Source: the human T2T-CHM13v2.0 reference genome, Homo sapiens
DNA: 64,000 bases
Assembly: GCF_009914755.1 (NCBI RefSeq)
Contig: NC_060927.1
Strand: one strand, 5' to 3'
The translations under genes were made by a program, and so were the position numbers. This document shows positions 30,753-47,885 of this stretch, in pieces; the first letter of the stretch is position 1, and every line of letters begins with the position of its first letter. A model generated the notes under the pieces. That model was not told the origin of the DNA, did no database searches, and saw nothing but the letters and a program-made list of their open reading frames with translations.

Positions 30753-31016
30753 GTAAGTATGTGAGCAGTCTCTCTGGAGCTAGGCAAAGAATTGTGTGAC
30801 CCTCATGACATGCTTTCTAAAGGTCACCTATTTTACTCATTTATACATTTTCCCTTTACTCTTTATATCAACAAGGAAAATTCAATGATTTACAACCATT
30901 TATACTCACATACAAGTTCTTTGCCACAAGCCTTTATCTAACCTCTTTAAAAAACAGTAAAGCAGATCTGCAGAAATCTTTCTTTAAAAACTATTTGATA
31001 GTTTATTAGTTTTACT

Positions 31017-31340
31017 TGGTTTTTCTTGTTTTTTTTTTTTGTTTTTTTTTTTTTTTTTTTTTTTTTTTGAGACAGAATGTCACTTTTTTGCCCAGGCTAG
31101 TGTGCAGAGACCTAATCATAGCTCACTGCAGCCCCAAACTCTTGGGCTCAAGTGATAATCCTACCTCAGCCTCCTAAGTAGCTGGGACTACAGGCAGGCA
31201 CCACCACACCTGGCTAATTTTTATAGAGACTGGATCTCACTCTGTTGCCCAGGCTGGTCATAAACTCCTGGCCTTAAGCAATCCTCCCAGCTCGGCTGCC
31301 CAAAGTGCTGAGATTATAGGTGTGAACCCCACACCCAGCC
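31017..31340 (-). mobile_element. AluJ-like with long poly-T
   Basis: Diverged dimer with shortened linker. Confidence 0.9.
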
Positions 31341-32054
31341 ACTTTTACTTGTTAAATTTGGGTCTCAGGATTTGAATCTGGCAGCAGTGAAATAAGCAAA
31401 AAGGAACTCCCCTTTATGGGGGGCAAATCAGATGTGTCACATGGGAAATACATTTTCATTCCCATATGATCCAATTTAGAATTATATATAGTTGATTTGT
31501 TAGAAATACTGAATTCTAATAGATTTTAATCATTACCTTTTGAAAGCTCCAGTTAAGGAACTGAAGGACTAGTATATTTATCAAGCTTTTCCTGGATTCT
31601 AACATTCTGACAAATTTTCTTGAATTCAAACCCAACATCTTTCTTCTTTATCTCTTTTTTCTCCCTTCTTTCTTCTTTAGGAGTTATTTTTTGGTATATT
31701 TATACATCTTAGCTAAGTATCACAGCTTGCCCCTTCTGCCTCTTTTAACTGATCAGCACCCTTGTTATGCATGTTCTTCTCGCCTTTTCTGAGCTAAATA
31801 TCCTTCCTGGTAAACTATTGGGAAATGCTACTCACCTATTGTTATTATTATTTAACATCAACCTATAATAGCAGCAGATTGAACAGACAGATTCTTTCTA
31901 ATTTCTTCATTTCAGCTAAAAGCCCTTAATAGGATAATGCTTGAGAATATAGTAGGTGATTAATAAATGTATTCTTATTTTTAAAAATCTAGCAGCAGGT
32001 CAAGTTCAAGTTCTTCATACATCACATTAGAACTAAAGAGTCTATGTTGGTGGA

Positions 32055-32309
32055 GGGTATTCTCATAAGTGAGAACTGAACAATGAGAACACATGGACAC
32101 AGGGAGGGGAACAGCACACACTGGGGCCTGTTGGGGTGGGGTGAGGGAAGGGAGAGCATTAGGAAAAATAGCTAATGCATATTGGGCTTAATACCTAGGT
32201 GATGGGTTGATAGGTGCAGCACACCGCCACAGCACGTGTTTATCTATGTAACAGACGTGCACATCCTGCGCATGTACCTTGGAACTTAAAAATAAAAAAA
32301 TTTTTTTAA
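32055..32309 (+). mobile_element. L1PA 3' end fragment
   Basis: L1 3' UTR; 20-bp TSD aaagagt(c/g)tatgttggtgga at 32035-32054 and 32310-32329. Confidence 0.9.
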
Positions 32310-32971
32310 AAAGAGTGTATGTTGGTGGATAGATCATAGCCACCACCACAATAGCTGTATTTTATTCAGATGAATTGTTTAAATTTTATCTGTAAGGAAG
32401 ACATTTCTGCAAAACGCAAAAAGCGGGGGAAAGACATGAAGTACAAGTCTCCATTTTGGTTAACTGCAGGAAAATTGCTTATGAAGTTATATAGCATGAG
32501 CAACTATCCCTGTCTTTTTTTCATCAGAAAAATTCTATGAATAGATAAGTGTGTCTCTAAATTAAAGTGTTATTTTACAGTCAGATATTAAAATGGTTTG
32601 AGTGCCCTCTAGTGGAAACTCCTCTTTGAGCTCTTAAAATGTCTTTTAAAAGCCAGGGTGCTTGAAGGGAGCCCCAAGTGTGGCTATTTTGGGAGACTAA
32701 GCAGCTAAACATGGTGGTGTGAGTTACCACGTTGACCTTGGAGAAGACGTGTTTAGTTTTGTAATTTTTTTTTTTTGTAACATTTGCATAAAGCAATGTG
32801 GGCTCAAGTATAGTATATTAAAACTTTCAAATAAAAAAATTGCTAACAGGTAATTATACAGAATTAAAACATTTTGGAAAATACATATATATGCTGATTT
32901 GCTCCAGTAGCTCTACATAATCTTAAAAAAAAAAAGAGTCAAATATAAAAGTCATAAGAATATAGGGAAAT

Positions 32972-33262
32972 GGCCGGGCGTGGTGGCTCACGCCTGTAAT
33001 CCCAGCACTCTGGGAGGCCAAGGTGGGCAGATCCCGAGGTCAGGAGATCGAGACCATCCTGGCTAACACAGTGAAACCCCATCTCTACTAAAAATGCAAA
33101 AAATTAGCCAGGCAAGATGGCGGGCACCTGTAGTCCCAGCTACTCAGGAGGCTGAGGCAGGAGAATCGCGGGAACCCAGGAGGCGGAGCTTGCAGTGAGC
33201 CGAGATCGCGCCTCTGCACTCCAGCCTGGGTGACAGAACGAGACTCCATCTCAAAAAAAAAC
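32972..33262 (+). mobile_element. AluY/Sc-like
   Basis: TSD agaatatagggaaat. Confidence 0.93.
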
Positions 33263-34230
33263 AGAATATAGGGAAATAATTTCTCTCATGTCAGACTGCT
33301 CATGGGGTGGAGGCCTCAGTATCTCTCCTCCAAAGGGCTCTGTTCCACTTCCTTTCCCTGTGCCGCTGCCCATTTCATGTCTATACTCTGACATATATTC
33401 TTCTTATAGTCAGGACATTTTTAGGAGAAAGACATTGCTCCATAGCATTTCTTTTTGAGGTCCTAGAGTATCAGCTTTTGGGCAGAACTCATCTCAAATG
33501 GAATCAATAATATTGCTTCAGCTTTATTATGCTTTACTTTCTTTTACCTTTTCATATCAATGTATCATTTGTCCATTAACAAAATAACATTTTGTCCTAA
33601 AAGTTCTGAAAGATGCTAGTTTAGAATAGCTATGCTTACCTTCATTCTTTAGCTTTCATGACTTTTATCATCTTTTCTCCTGCCATAGAGTTGACCAGCC
33701 AGTAACACTGGCAGAAAATTGTAATTCACCTTTTCTTTCTATTTCACAGCAAAAGACCATTTCTGATTTCACTTTGTCCTCTCAGAGTAGCTCTCATCTG
33801 TCATGTCTCTGCTGTTTTTATATCTTACTATTCTGTTTTATATATATAAGTAGTTCTTTTGAAAGACCTCACTGTTTTTCTATTGTGATCATCCCACCCA
33901 TTTTCTAATCCTGAGAGGTGGCTCCTATTAGCATCTATTGCGTGAATCTTTTTCTGAAACATGTGTTTATTTAACTTTAGGAGCCTTAAGCATGTTGAGG
34001 AATGTTATGGAGAATAAGTATAAAAATCATAGTATAGCTCTAATAAGCACAAATGAAGTATACATCTGTTTGATCAAAAACATTTTCTTATTTTTCTTCC
34101 TTAATCACTTGTTGAATGCTAACTATATGCCAGGTATTGTGTCTGGTCTTGAGGGCGGTTGGGATACAAAGAAAGTAAGACAGTTTTATACCCTGTAAGG
34201 AGCTTACAGTCTAGTGAAAGAGTTACACCA

Positions 34231-34388
34231 AGCCATGTGTGCTGGCTTGCACCTGTAATCCTAGCTACTTGGGAGGATCGCTTGAGCCTAGGAGTTTGAG
34301 GCTGCAGTAAGCTATGATCATGAGACTGCACCACAGCCTTGACAACAGAATGAGACCCTGTCTCAAAAAAAAAAAAAAAAAAAAAAAA
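34231..34388 (+). mobile_element. Alu right monomer (FRAM/AluJ fragment)
   Basis: Single arm plus poly-A. Confidence 0.8.
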
Positions 34389-35695
34389 GACAAGGATGTT
34401 AAGATGGCCAAGAAGACACAGCCAGGGAGAGCTTCTCTTTCCTACCAAGAGAAACCAAAATATTGAGTAAACCAGCATACTTTGAACAGACCTTTTAAGA
34501 GAAAGCACTGAGAGTCAGTGGAGAGATGATGCAGTCACTGAGGCTGAAGAGGGAGGAAACTGAGAACCCTGCATGGGCTCTGAATGGCTCCTAAGGAAGG
34601 GGTGAAAGAAGTAACTGCAGAGCAGGCCACTGTCACTGTGGACATCTGGGATTCTAGCTGCAAGAGATCCCACAGCCACCATGGACGTTTGAGTTGGCAG
34701 GGAAAACTGCTTGGAGAGCTGGCAGAGACAGAGCTCGAGGCTACACAGAGCCCATGGGGTTTTGCATGGGAACAGCTGCAACAAAACACAACCATAGGCA
34801 CCTATCCCCCAAGGCTCTCCATATTCCTCTAAGAGGCTCTAACCTTTGTTGACTGCCAGACCTGGAGAGAGCAGGGCTGTCTTTCCCACAGGACCAGGGC
34901 GTATCTGATCCATGCACTCCCCTGTCCACCAGCCCCTCCCAGGGCTCCTGTCTGGCTTCTCCCATAGGAGCAGGCACACAGCACAGCCTCCACTCCCCTG
35001 CGAGAGCGCTTTTGCCAGTGGCCCCCAGTGGAGCGCTTTTACTGGTGGCCTGGGAGCACCTTGGCTCACCCAGCACAGCTGGTGCTCGACCTCAGGGAGC
35101 CAGAGAACTAAGCTACAGGCCTGGTCCCAGGCCCCCAGGGTTAGAGCACACAGTCCAGGAGTGCCAAGCTGAGACTTGTGGTTGGAACTCAAGTGGTGGA
35201 AGAGCCCTTACTCTCAGAGCACTGGGAAAAGTGAGGTATGGATTAATGGGCTGGCACAGGAACTGGGCCACAACCTCTACCCAAGGGAGCCTGGCAGTCT
35301 GGAACACCTAATAGCCCAGTGATCTGGGTGCAGAAGTCTTGTGACAAACTAGCTGGTTGGGCCAAATTCTGGGCAGTAACCAGGAGACCTGTCAAGGAAG
35401 CACAAGCTGGGAAGTTCTCACTGCTATCTGCTGGCCAAAAAAACCTAGGCTGTGGGCACCACACCAGCTGCACGGCCAAGGCAGCATCACCCTACCCAGG
35501 GATCCCTCACCCTTGACCTACTGCATGAACAGACCACCCACAGACATACCCCTAACCTGCAGTCTACCTGGTAGCCCTTACTATTAAATGCCATCTCCCA
35601 GGTTACAGCTTGAATTACAGCACCAAAAAATTCCAGCATGAATTGCCTGAGAAAACCCAGTACAGGATTCTGGCCACAAATAAAGATCCCATACA

Positions 35696-36262
<567 letters not shown>

Positions 36263-37413
36263 GAAATCCAGAAGAGATTCCATACAGAGCCTTGGCCCTC
36301 TGAAAGCATGCAGAAATAAAGCCAATTGGCTATACTCAGCTTGCACCACAGTCAAACCCTCAAGGGAAATAAAGTAAAAACAAAAAAGCTCCATCCAAAG
36401 GACAAAGGACAGCAACATCAAAAGATAAAGGAACACCTGCCCTCACAGATGAGAAGGAACCAGCACAAGAACTCTGACAATTCTAAAACCCAGAGTGTGT
36501 TCTTACCTCCAAATGATCTCACTAGCTCCCCAGCAATGGTTGTTAATCAAATTAAAGCAGCTGAAATGACAGAATTCAGAATCTGGATGGTAAGAAAGCT
36601 CAATGAAATACAGGAGAAAGTTGAAACTCAATCCAGGGAAAACAGTAAAATGATCCAAGAGTTGAAAGATGACACAGCCATTTTAAGAAAGAACCAAACT
36701 GAACTTCTAGAATTGAAAAATTTACTACGGGAATTCCATAATACAACTAGAAGCATTAATAACAACAGATCAATCTGAGGAAAGAGTCTCAGAGCTCAAA
36801 GACCACTCCTTTGAATCAATGCAGGCAGACAAAAATAAAAAAGAATTTTAAAAAATGAAAACTCTCAGAAATATGGGATTATGTAAAGAGACCAAACCTA
36901 TAACTCATTGGCATTCCTGAGAGAGAAGGAGCGAGAGTACGCAACTTGGAAAACGTATGAGGATATAGTCCACGGAAATTTCCCCAGTCTCACTAAAGAG
37001 GTGGACATGGCTGAACTCCATGGAGCAGTTTGGAGATTTCTCAAAGAACAGAGTTTACATTTCAATCCAGTAGTTCTATTACTGGGTATATACCCAAAGA
37101 AAAATAAGTCATTCTGCCAAAAAGACTTATGCACCCATATGTTCAATGAAGCACTGTTCACAATTGCAAAGACATGGAATCAACATACATGCCCATCAAT
37201 GGTGGACTGGATAAAGAAAATGTGGTACAGGTACACCATGGACTACTAAGCAGCCGTAAAAAAGAATGAAGTCTTGTTCTTTGTAGCAACATGGATGCAG
37301 CTGGAGACCATTATCCTAAGCAAATTCGCAGAAACAGAAAACCAAATACCATATGTTCTCACTTGTAAGTGGGAGCTAAACATCAAGTACACATGGACAT
37401 AAAGATGAGAACA

Positions 37414-37782
<369 letters not shown>

Positions 37783-38184
37783 CTATTGGTACTATGCTCA
37801 CTACCTGAGAGATGGATTCGTTCATACTCCAGACCTCTACATCACTGAGTATACCTTTGTAACAAACCCGTACATGTACCCCTGTACCTATAATAAAAGT
37901 TGAAAAAAAAAAGTTATTCCAATAAGGTTATGCTATTGTGGAACAGCCATGACAGAAATAATAAGCACATGGAAGGACACAGGAGGCCAGCAAGAGTTCC
38001 TGGAAGGTGAAGTAAGGGAAAAGGGTATTGTGGTAAGGACGGTAGCATTTACAAATGCCTGGTGTGAGAAGGCATGGAACATTTGTGCAACCACAAGTGC
38101 AGGAATGGTAAGAGAAGGGGACATGAGCAGGTAGGATCAGATTCTGGAGGCCCTTCTATGTCAGGTCAAGAAGCTAGGACTTTA

Positions 38185-38495
<311 letters not shown>

Positions 38496-39052
38496 CTACT
38501 TGACAGAAGAATTTTAATTTGGACAATGACGTGATCAAATATGTTACTCAGAAATATCAAGCAACAAACAAGAGCCTAAGCATGGATATTGGCAGTGGGA
38601 GACAGAAAGAGGCAAATTTGGTAGAAATGAAACAACATGGTAGTTGATAGGTGTCGGGGTAAAAGGAAGGGAGAAGTTCATGACGACTCCCAAGTTTCTA
38701 GCTTGAACCATTGGGTGCTTGGAATACTAGATGAGGTTACTGGAGTCCTGAGGAATGTTTCCTGAAAATGCTTTAGACAGCTGTTCCTTCCTGTTTCCGT
38801 TTTACCATCAAGGTCAAGGCCTTATTACTTCATGCTGAGACCCCTGGAAGGGAAGAGGGTCTAATAGACTTCAGTACTCATCCAACCTTATAGACAGCTC
38901 ATCATTCTAAAACATCCTTTGATTATGTAAATTCCTTACTTGATTGTTGATCTGAGTGGCCTTCAGATCAAACTGAAATTACTAACTATTGATGTTATTG
39001 TCATTGTTTGTTCAGAGGAACTAATCTTCCTAAGCAGTTGTTTCTTTTATAG

Positions 39053-39155
39053 GTTGCTGAATAACCATCATGATGATGCCTCTAAATTCATCTGTCTTCT
39101 AGCAAAGCCCAACTGCAGCTCTCTAGAACAGGAGGATTTCATCCCTCTACTTCAG
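39053..39155 (+). CDS. PPP2R3A: PPP2R3A coding exon (K-LLNNHHDDASKFICLLAKPNCSSLEQEDFIPLLQ)
   Basis: Acceptor tttcttttatag|G completes the AA-G Lys codon; donor CAG|GTAATT; 103 nt, phase 2/0. Confidence 0.95.
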
Positions 39156-39309
39156 GTAATTTTCATCTCCTTTTGAAAATGGGTTCTAATTTTGGAGTTT
39201 CAGCAGTTTTGTTTAAAATTTACAACTATAACATGTCAATTGAGCTACACAGATCTAGATATCAGATTCTAGAAGAGTGGTTTTCAAACTTGTTTTAGCA
39301 GTAAGATCC

Positions 39310-39372
39310 TCTCGTTAAATGAAATCTCGTTAAATGAAATCTCGTTAAATGAAATCTCGTTAAATGAAATCT
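39310..39372. repeat. Perfect 15-bp minisatellite (TCTCGTTAAATGAAA)x4.2
   Basis: Four identical units. Confidence 0.95.
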
Positions 39373-41100
39373 AAAACAGAACCCATAGTAGTAAAAGAGC
39401 TACTCCTTCAGGGCTACTCCCACTGAAGCAGAGGAGAGGGGCCACTCATCCTCCCCCTTGCCCACCCACAGCAATCACTGAAGCACCTTCTGAAATGATA
39501 GAATGCAAGAAGATAACTTCTCTGTTAGCGTAGAACATAGCTAAGAACCTGGTAGAAAGAAAGAAAAGGTCATGATGTAACCAGGATCACTCTCACGAAC
39601 TCTGGGGTCTTCACTCACTGCCTCCTGACCCATTATTTAAGTACAGTTTTTAAATGCTTGGTTTCCTGATTCTTCAACCCAAGATATATTTGAAACAGAA
39701 AATTAGAATAGGAGAAGGGAAAGAGGATAACTAGAATTAAGTGCATGGAGAGCTGCAAAAAACAGACTACACCACCAGACTACAAAGGTAGTGAGGAGAG
39801 TAAGAAACACTAAGAGAAAAAAAAGACCCAGAAGCTCTAAATGTACTCTAGTGTGGGAGTAATTTAGGATAATGGCAGTAGTCCCAATCCCATTACCAGA
39901 TTTCAGCTGAGATTAGTAATTTATTTTAGTAGCATAGACTCTATATGTACTTATCTAGAAAACTCATTTATAAGGAGCAGCTTTCACTGATGGAACCAGA
40001 TAAAACAATGGCACTGTACTTCTCATTTTTCCTTTTCTGTGTATGAAATTTTAAACTCTGTGTGTTGTATATCCATATATTATACATGTAAAAAAAGGAT
40101 AAGTCTCAGACCTGAATAAACGTCAGATCTATCAGAAGTATAAGTTTCTGGATTTGAATTTCTAACTTTAGCCTTCATTTACCAGGTTGGCGGATATTTT
40201 TAACCTCAGACCTTCCTGAGGTTTCTCAGCCTGGAGCTGTGCCACAGTTCTGAGGTCTTACACGGTACCAAAGCATTAGGGTTGGGAGTTACTGCTGAGA
40301 CATCAGCCATCTTTGGCTAGCAGATTCCCTTCAGATCCAGAGGTCTTTGCTGCTTCTGTGCCATGTGTCAAGCCCCGGAACCTTTGGTGAAGATACCCAT
40401 GGCCCGTCTGCCTAGATGCACACACAGCTGTTTTCTTTTAAGGTTTTAGCTGCACCCCTAGGGTGTTGCCAGGCAGCAGGGTCCCTTTGCTCCTATCACC
40501 CACAGACTTCTCTTTCTTTTTCCTGACACTAAGAGGTCTTCTACTCTGCAGAAATCTCCTGCTGCCATGTTCCCTTATGCTTTCCTATCTCTGCCTTCAA
40601 TTCTCCTTGCTTGTATTGTCTGCTTCCCTTTCAAGTAGGGGTGAGCTCCCTACTCACTACTTCAGGGCAGAGAAGAGAAGTGACCTCAAAATCTTCATGG
40701 CTTTTATGGCACCGTGCGTATTGTAGGCTTAAATGCAGGGTCCACAGTCATTTGGCCTAGTTGACCTTTGTTAAGGTTTTAGAGAGAGAGAGATGTCTAA
40801 CAGAAAGAGCCCACCTGGGGAGTGTTTCTATCTAGGCCTTCCCATGGGAATCAGTTACATATCAGTATTGCACCTGTTTCTACTATAGCATTCTTCATAG
40901 CCTGAGATATTGCTTGTTAATATTCTTGTTTTCGTATCTAAATATTTGGTTTTTCTAAGCAGATCACAAATTCTTTGAAGCTAAGATAAGCTTTTCCTGC
41001 CTGTTGAATGTGCATCATTATTTTAGGTGTTACAGTAAATCCTTGTTAGCTCTTAGTATGGATACCTAAAGAAGGGCATAAAATACATGGAAATAGTTGA

Positions 41101-41514
<414 letters not shown>

Positions 41515-42776
41515 TGAATTTTCACAATGTGGGCATATCCGTATAACTAGCACACAGATCCAAAAACAGTATTACCAGCACCTGCAAAGCCTGTCATGCT
41601 CCATCCCAGTCACTGCCACCCAACAATAACCACTACCCTGACTAATAACACCATAGTACATAGACTTTTAATTATAGTAACAATCTTCCATGTTTAAAAT
41701 GTGAAGTTTGGTTCTGATTTTATTTTATGCTCAGGGCCCTTGGGCTTGTCTAATTTGCATAATGGCTTTGATTATCCTTAGACTCACCTGCTACATGGTT
41801 TTGTTCCCCTAAAAAAAATACTCATGAGAATGAAGATTCTTAATAGTTTTTGGCATTTAATTAAGACCATTTTACCTGATAATATCCAACATTAAATATT
41901 CCTATGTTTTGTGAAATCTCAAATCTTCAATATTTGAACTGCATTGTAATAAAACATTAGGTTTTATTACCAGTTCTCTACTGCTCTCCATCCTCACTCT
42001 CTCAATCCATTCTTGGCCTTGCTCTGACCCTACAAAGTGCGTCTTTGGGGCTCTCTTGCTGACTAGCTTTTGGTTGGATCTGGGCAGTGGGAAGCATTGC
42101 CAGTAAATGGGAGGACAGAGGAAAGAAAAGCTGGCATTTCTTCCCTGCTCTCTGCCTCGGCACAGTAACTATGTCTCTCTACAATACAGCTTCTGCTGGA
42201 CAGCCCCTTGTCTGTGGTCCTAGTGCCTACTAGGCTCTCCTCCTCCCCTTGTTCCTTTGGCCCTCAGGACTATAACAGTATCCTCCTGTCAGTAGTCTCT
42301 GGGTGCCTCATTATTCCCTTGTTTGCTCCCTTCATCCTGCTCACAACTCCACACGTAATCTTTTCGTGAAAGCTTCATACAGTGAATTCTTTTTCCTGTG
42401 GGGACCCTATGCTGACTGATGCAGTTCTGAATTTTATCAGAGCTTTAATAAAAGCTTTGACAGGAATGTAAATTAAGTTTAGACTAAGAAAATTAGAAAC
42501 AGACAACAACAAAATCATAATTATGAGTTAACAGACATTTATACTTCCCTTAAATCTAAGGAGAAATCTTATTTGTATTTAAGAAGTGGACTTGTGGAGT
42601 CTTCTGGTAAAAGAGACAAACTAAATAGAGACATTATCCTCCCATTCTTTCCCAAGCCCTTCTGAAGTTAAAGTGTAGAAATTAAAAAGGAATAAACCCA
42701 CGGAAGCCAATGAAATGGTAGAGAAAATCAACGTACAAGAAATCTTAACATATTTCTTTAAGATAGAAAGTGACCA

Positions 42777-43189
42777 CATGTCTTGTGGGACTGTGGATGG
42801 AGCTGGAGGCCATTATCCGTAGCAAACTAATGCAGGAACAGAAAACCAAATACCACATGTTCTCACTTACAAGTGGGAGCTAAATGGTGAGAACTTATGA
42901 AAACAAACAAGGAGACAACAGACACTGCGGTCTACTTGAGGGTGGAAGGTGGAAAGAGGGAGAGGAGCAGAAAAGATAACTATTGGGTACTGGGCTTAAT
43001 ACCTGTACCTGTAGTGAAATAATCTGTACCACAAAGCCCTGTGACATGAGTTTACCCATGTAACAAACCTTCACATTTACTCCCAAACCTAAAATAAAAG
43101 TTTAAAAAAGATTCTGTGATCTTAAAATTGTAAATAAATAGTTTAATAATAAATGGATTTATATGGATCAAAAAAAAAGAAAAAAAAAT
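42777..43189 (+). mobile_element. L1PA 3' fragment with an extra 3' segment and second A tail
   Basis: TSD aagtgacca at 42768-42776 and 43190-43198. Confidence 0.8.
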
Positions 43190-43852
43190 AAGTGACCAGA
43201 AGTAGGCTAAGAAAACCACAACCCAGAATCAGGAGCTGTGTGTGGGCTCAAGTGGTGAAGTGAGCTCCTGTGCTCATCAAGGCCCAGAGCAGTTGTAAAT
43301 TCAGGACTGACTGACCCAATGAGAGATACTGGAAATGGGGATTCACTGAAGGTCGGTATACACAACAATCACTAGTTGACTCCTTTCCTGGTTCACAAAT
43401 ATAAAGTGCAGCCTGACATTTATTCACAAGCATAAACACACTAACAAGACAATAAAGCATGCTAAGGCTTCTAATGTGACAGCCACAGATTAAAATTCTC
43501 CTTATTTCTCTTTATTCTGGCAGTTGGAGATCCCGGGAGGTCTCACCAGTTTACTCTAAAATAATGCCTGTCAATCAACACACCCACCCTAAATGCACAG
43601 AACCCCGAGGCAGATTTGGTACTCAAGAAAGATACCTGTTGAAAAATAGACCTACTTATATTTCCACAGAGGAAAATTATATCAAATTATATCAACTACC
43701 TTGTCCTTCTTAAACATGAATGGACAACCAGGTATATGAGGAAAATGATCATCATTAAAGAAAAATAAAGGTTAAAAAAACACATACACAGAAAAAGTAG
43801 CCCAGAAAAGAAACAAAACTAATTCAGGAAACAGAAGAAATGAGAATTTTTT

Positions 43853-45572
<1,720 letters not shown>

Positions 45573-45579
45573 ATTTTTT

Positions 45580-47885
45580 AAAAACAAATTGCACATACTG
45601 ATATAAATAAATGATTGGGGAGAAGAAACAAATCTATGCAGAATTGCAAACAGTTTAGTAGACACTGCAGTCTTAAAGAGGGGAGCGTAAATCACCATTC
45701 CTTAAGAGTAGGCTATGCATAGTGATTTCAGGGTGTGGGGAGTAACTTTACAGTGGAGGAGCCTGACAGATACTACCTCAGTCTGATGATCAAGGCCAAC
45801 ATCAGCAGTCATCAATCACGTTGTTAGTATGTACCTTTGGCAAGATATGGTGCAAAGGACATGTTACTTCTCTGGCCTTTCTCCCAAAAATCCATAAACC
45901 CAGTCTAATCATGAGGAAAACATCAGGCAGATTCCAGTAATGAAATATCCTACATAATACCTGAGTAGTACTCATCAGAACTGTCAAGGTCATCAAAAGT
46001 AAGGAAAGTCTAAGAAACTGTCACAGCCAAAAGAAGTCTAAGGAGACATAACTAAATAGAATATGATGACCTGGATAGAACACTGGAATAGAAAGAAGAC
46101 ATCAGGTAAAAATTAAGGAAATGTGAATAAAGTATGGACTTTAAAAATAATGTGTCAATATCAGTTTAATTTTAACAAGTGGACCATATAGTAAGTGTAA
46201 GGTGTTAATAATTGAGGAATCTGGGCGCAGGGTATATGGGAACTCTCAGTGCTGTTTTCTTAATTTTTTTATAAACCTAAAACTATTCTAAAAAAAACCA
46301 GTTATTTTAAAAAGTACTATATTAAGGAAGGTTATATACAATAAGAACCGTAAAACAAAACCTTTATCTTACACCGTATATAAAAATCAACTGAAAATGG
46401 GTTAAAGACTTAAATGTAAGACCTGAAACTGTAAAGAAAACATAGGGGTAAGGCTGCGTGACACTTGTCTTGGCATTGATTTTTTTTTTGGATATGAACC
46501 CAAAAGCACAAAGGAAAAAATAGACAAATGGAATTGCATCAAAGTAAAAAACTTCTGCACAGTCAAGGAAATAATCAACAGAGTGAAAAGAAAATCTACA
46601 GAATGGTAGAAAATATTTGCAAACCATATATCTGGCAAGGTGTTAATATCCAAAATTTGTAAGGAACTCAAAACAACTCAATAGCAAGAAAATAACCTTA
46701 TTTAAAAATGGGCAAAGGCAACAGGTATATGAAAAAATACTCAGCATCACTAATCATCAGAGAAATGAAAATTAAAGCCATAAAGTGATATCATTTCACC
46801 TTCTCCCCAGTTAAAATGGCTTGTATTAAAAAGACAGGCAATAACATGCTGGTGAGGATGCAGAGAAAGAGGACCCCCCCCCCACACACCGTTGGTGGGA
46901 ATGTAAATTAATACAGCTACTATGGAGAATAGCTGGAGGCATCATGCTACTCAAAAAAACTAAAAATAGAACTTCCATATGATCCGGAAATATCCAAAAG
47001 AAAGGAAATAAGTATATCTGCACTCTGTGTTTATTGCAACACTATTCACAATAGCCAGAATATGGAACCCCCCAAGTGCCAATCAATGGATGAAGAAAAT
47101 ACAGTGTATATATACACAATGGAATATTAGTCATAAAAAAGAATGAAATCCTGTCATTTGCAGCAATATGGATAGAACTGGAGGCCATTATGTTAAATGA
47201 GCAAAGCACAGAAAGATAAATATCACATGTTCTCATTCATATGCAGGAGTTTAAAAAATGGATCTTGTGAAGATAGAAAGTAGATTGGTGGTTAACAGAG
47301 ACCAGGAAGGGGGAAAGGGGAGGGAGAAGATGAAGGGAAAAAGAGAATATAAATGTATTTATTACCACTGAACTGTACACTTAAAATGGTAAATGTGGTA
47401 AATTTTATATTTATATTTTACCTCAATACATTTTTAAATGGTGAAGAATCTGAATAGACATTGCATAAAAGGAGACAAACAATGGCCAACAAGTATATGA
47501 AAAATGCTCAAAATCACTATCAGAGAAAAGCAAATTAAAACCACAATGAAAGATCATGTCACACCTGTTAGAATGGTTATTATCAAAAAGACGAAAGATA
47601 ACAAGTGTTGGAGAGGATGTAGAGAAAAGGGAATCCTTGCACACTGATGGTGAGAATGTAAATTAGTATAGCCATTATGAAGAACAGTTTGGAGTTTCCT
47701 CAAAAAATTAAAAAGAGAACTACCATATGATCCTACAGTCCTACTACTGGGTGTATATCCAAAGGAAATGAAATCAGTATGTTGAAGAAATATCTACACT
47801 GCCAGGTTCATTGCAGCATTATTCACAATAGCCAAAATACAGAATCAACCTAAGTATCAGTGAATGGAGGCATAACAAAAATGTG
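45580..47885 (+). mobile_element. Stacked old L1M (MA/MB/MC-type) 3' fragments
   Basis: Degraded ORF2 C-terminal and 3' UTR motifs, all on the + strand. Confidence 0.7.

Noticed and set aside
39310-39372. Short repeats (also 7458 and 61859) as CRISPR-like arrays
   Set aside because: Head-to-tail tandem repeats with no series of unique spacers and no cas genes, in eukaryotic DNA
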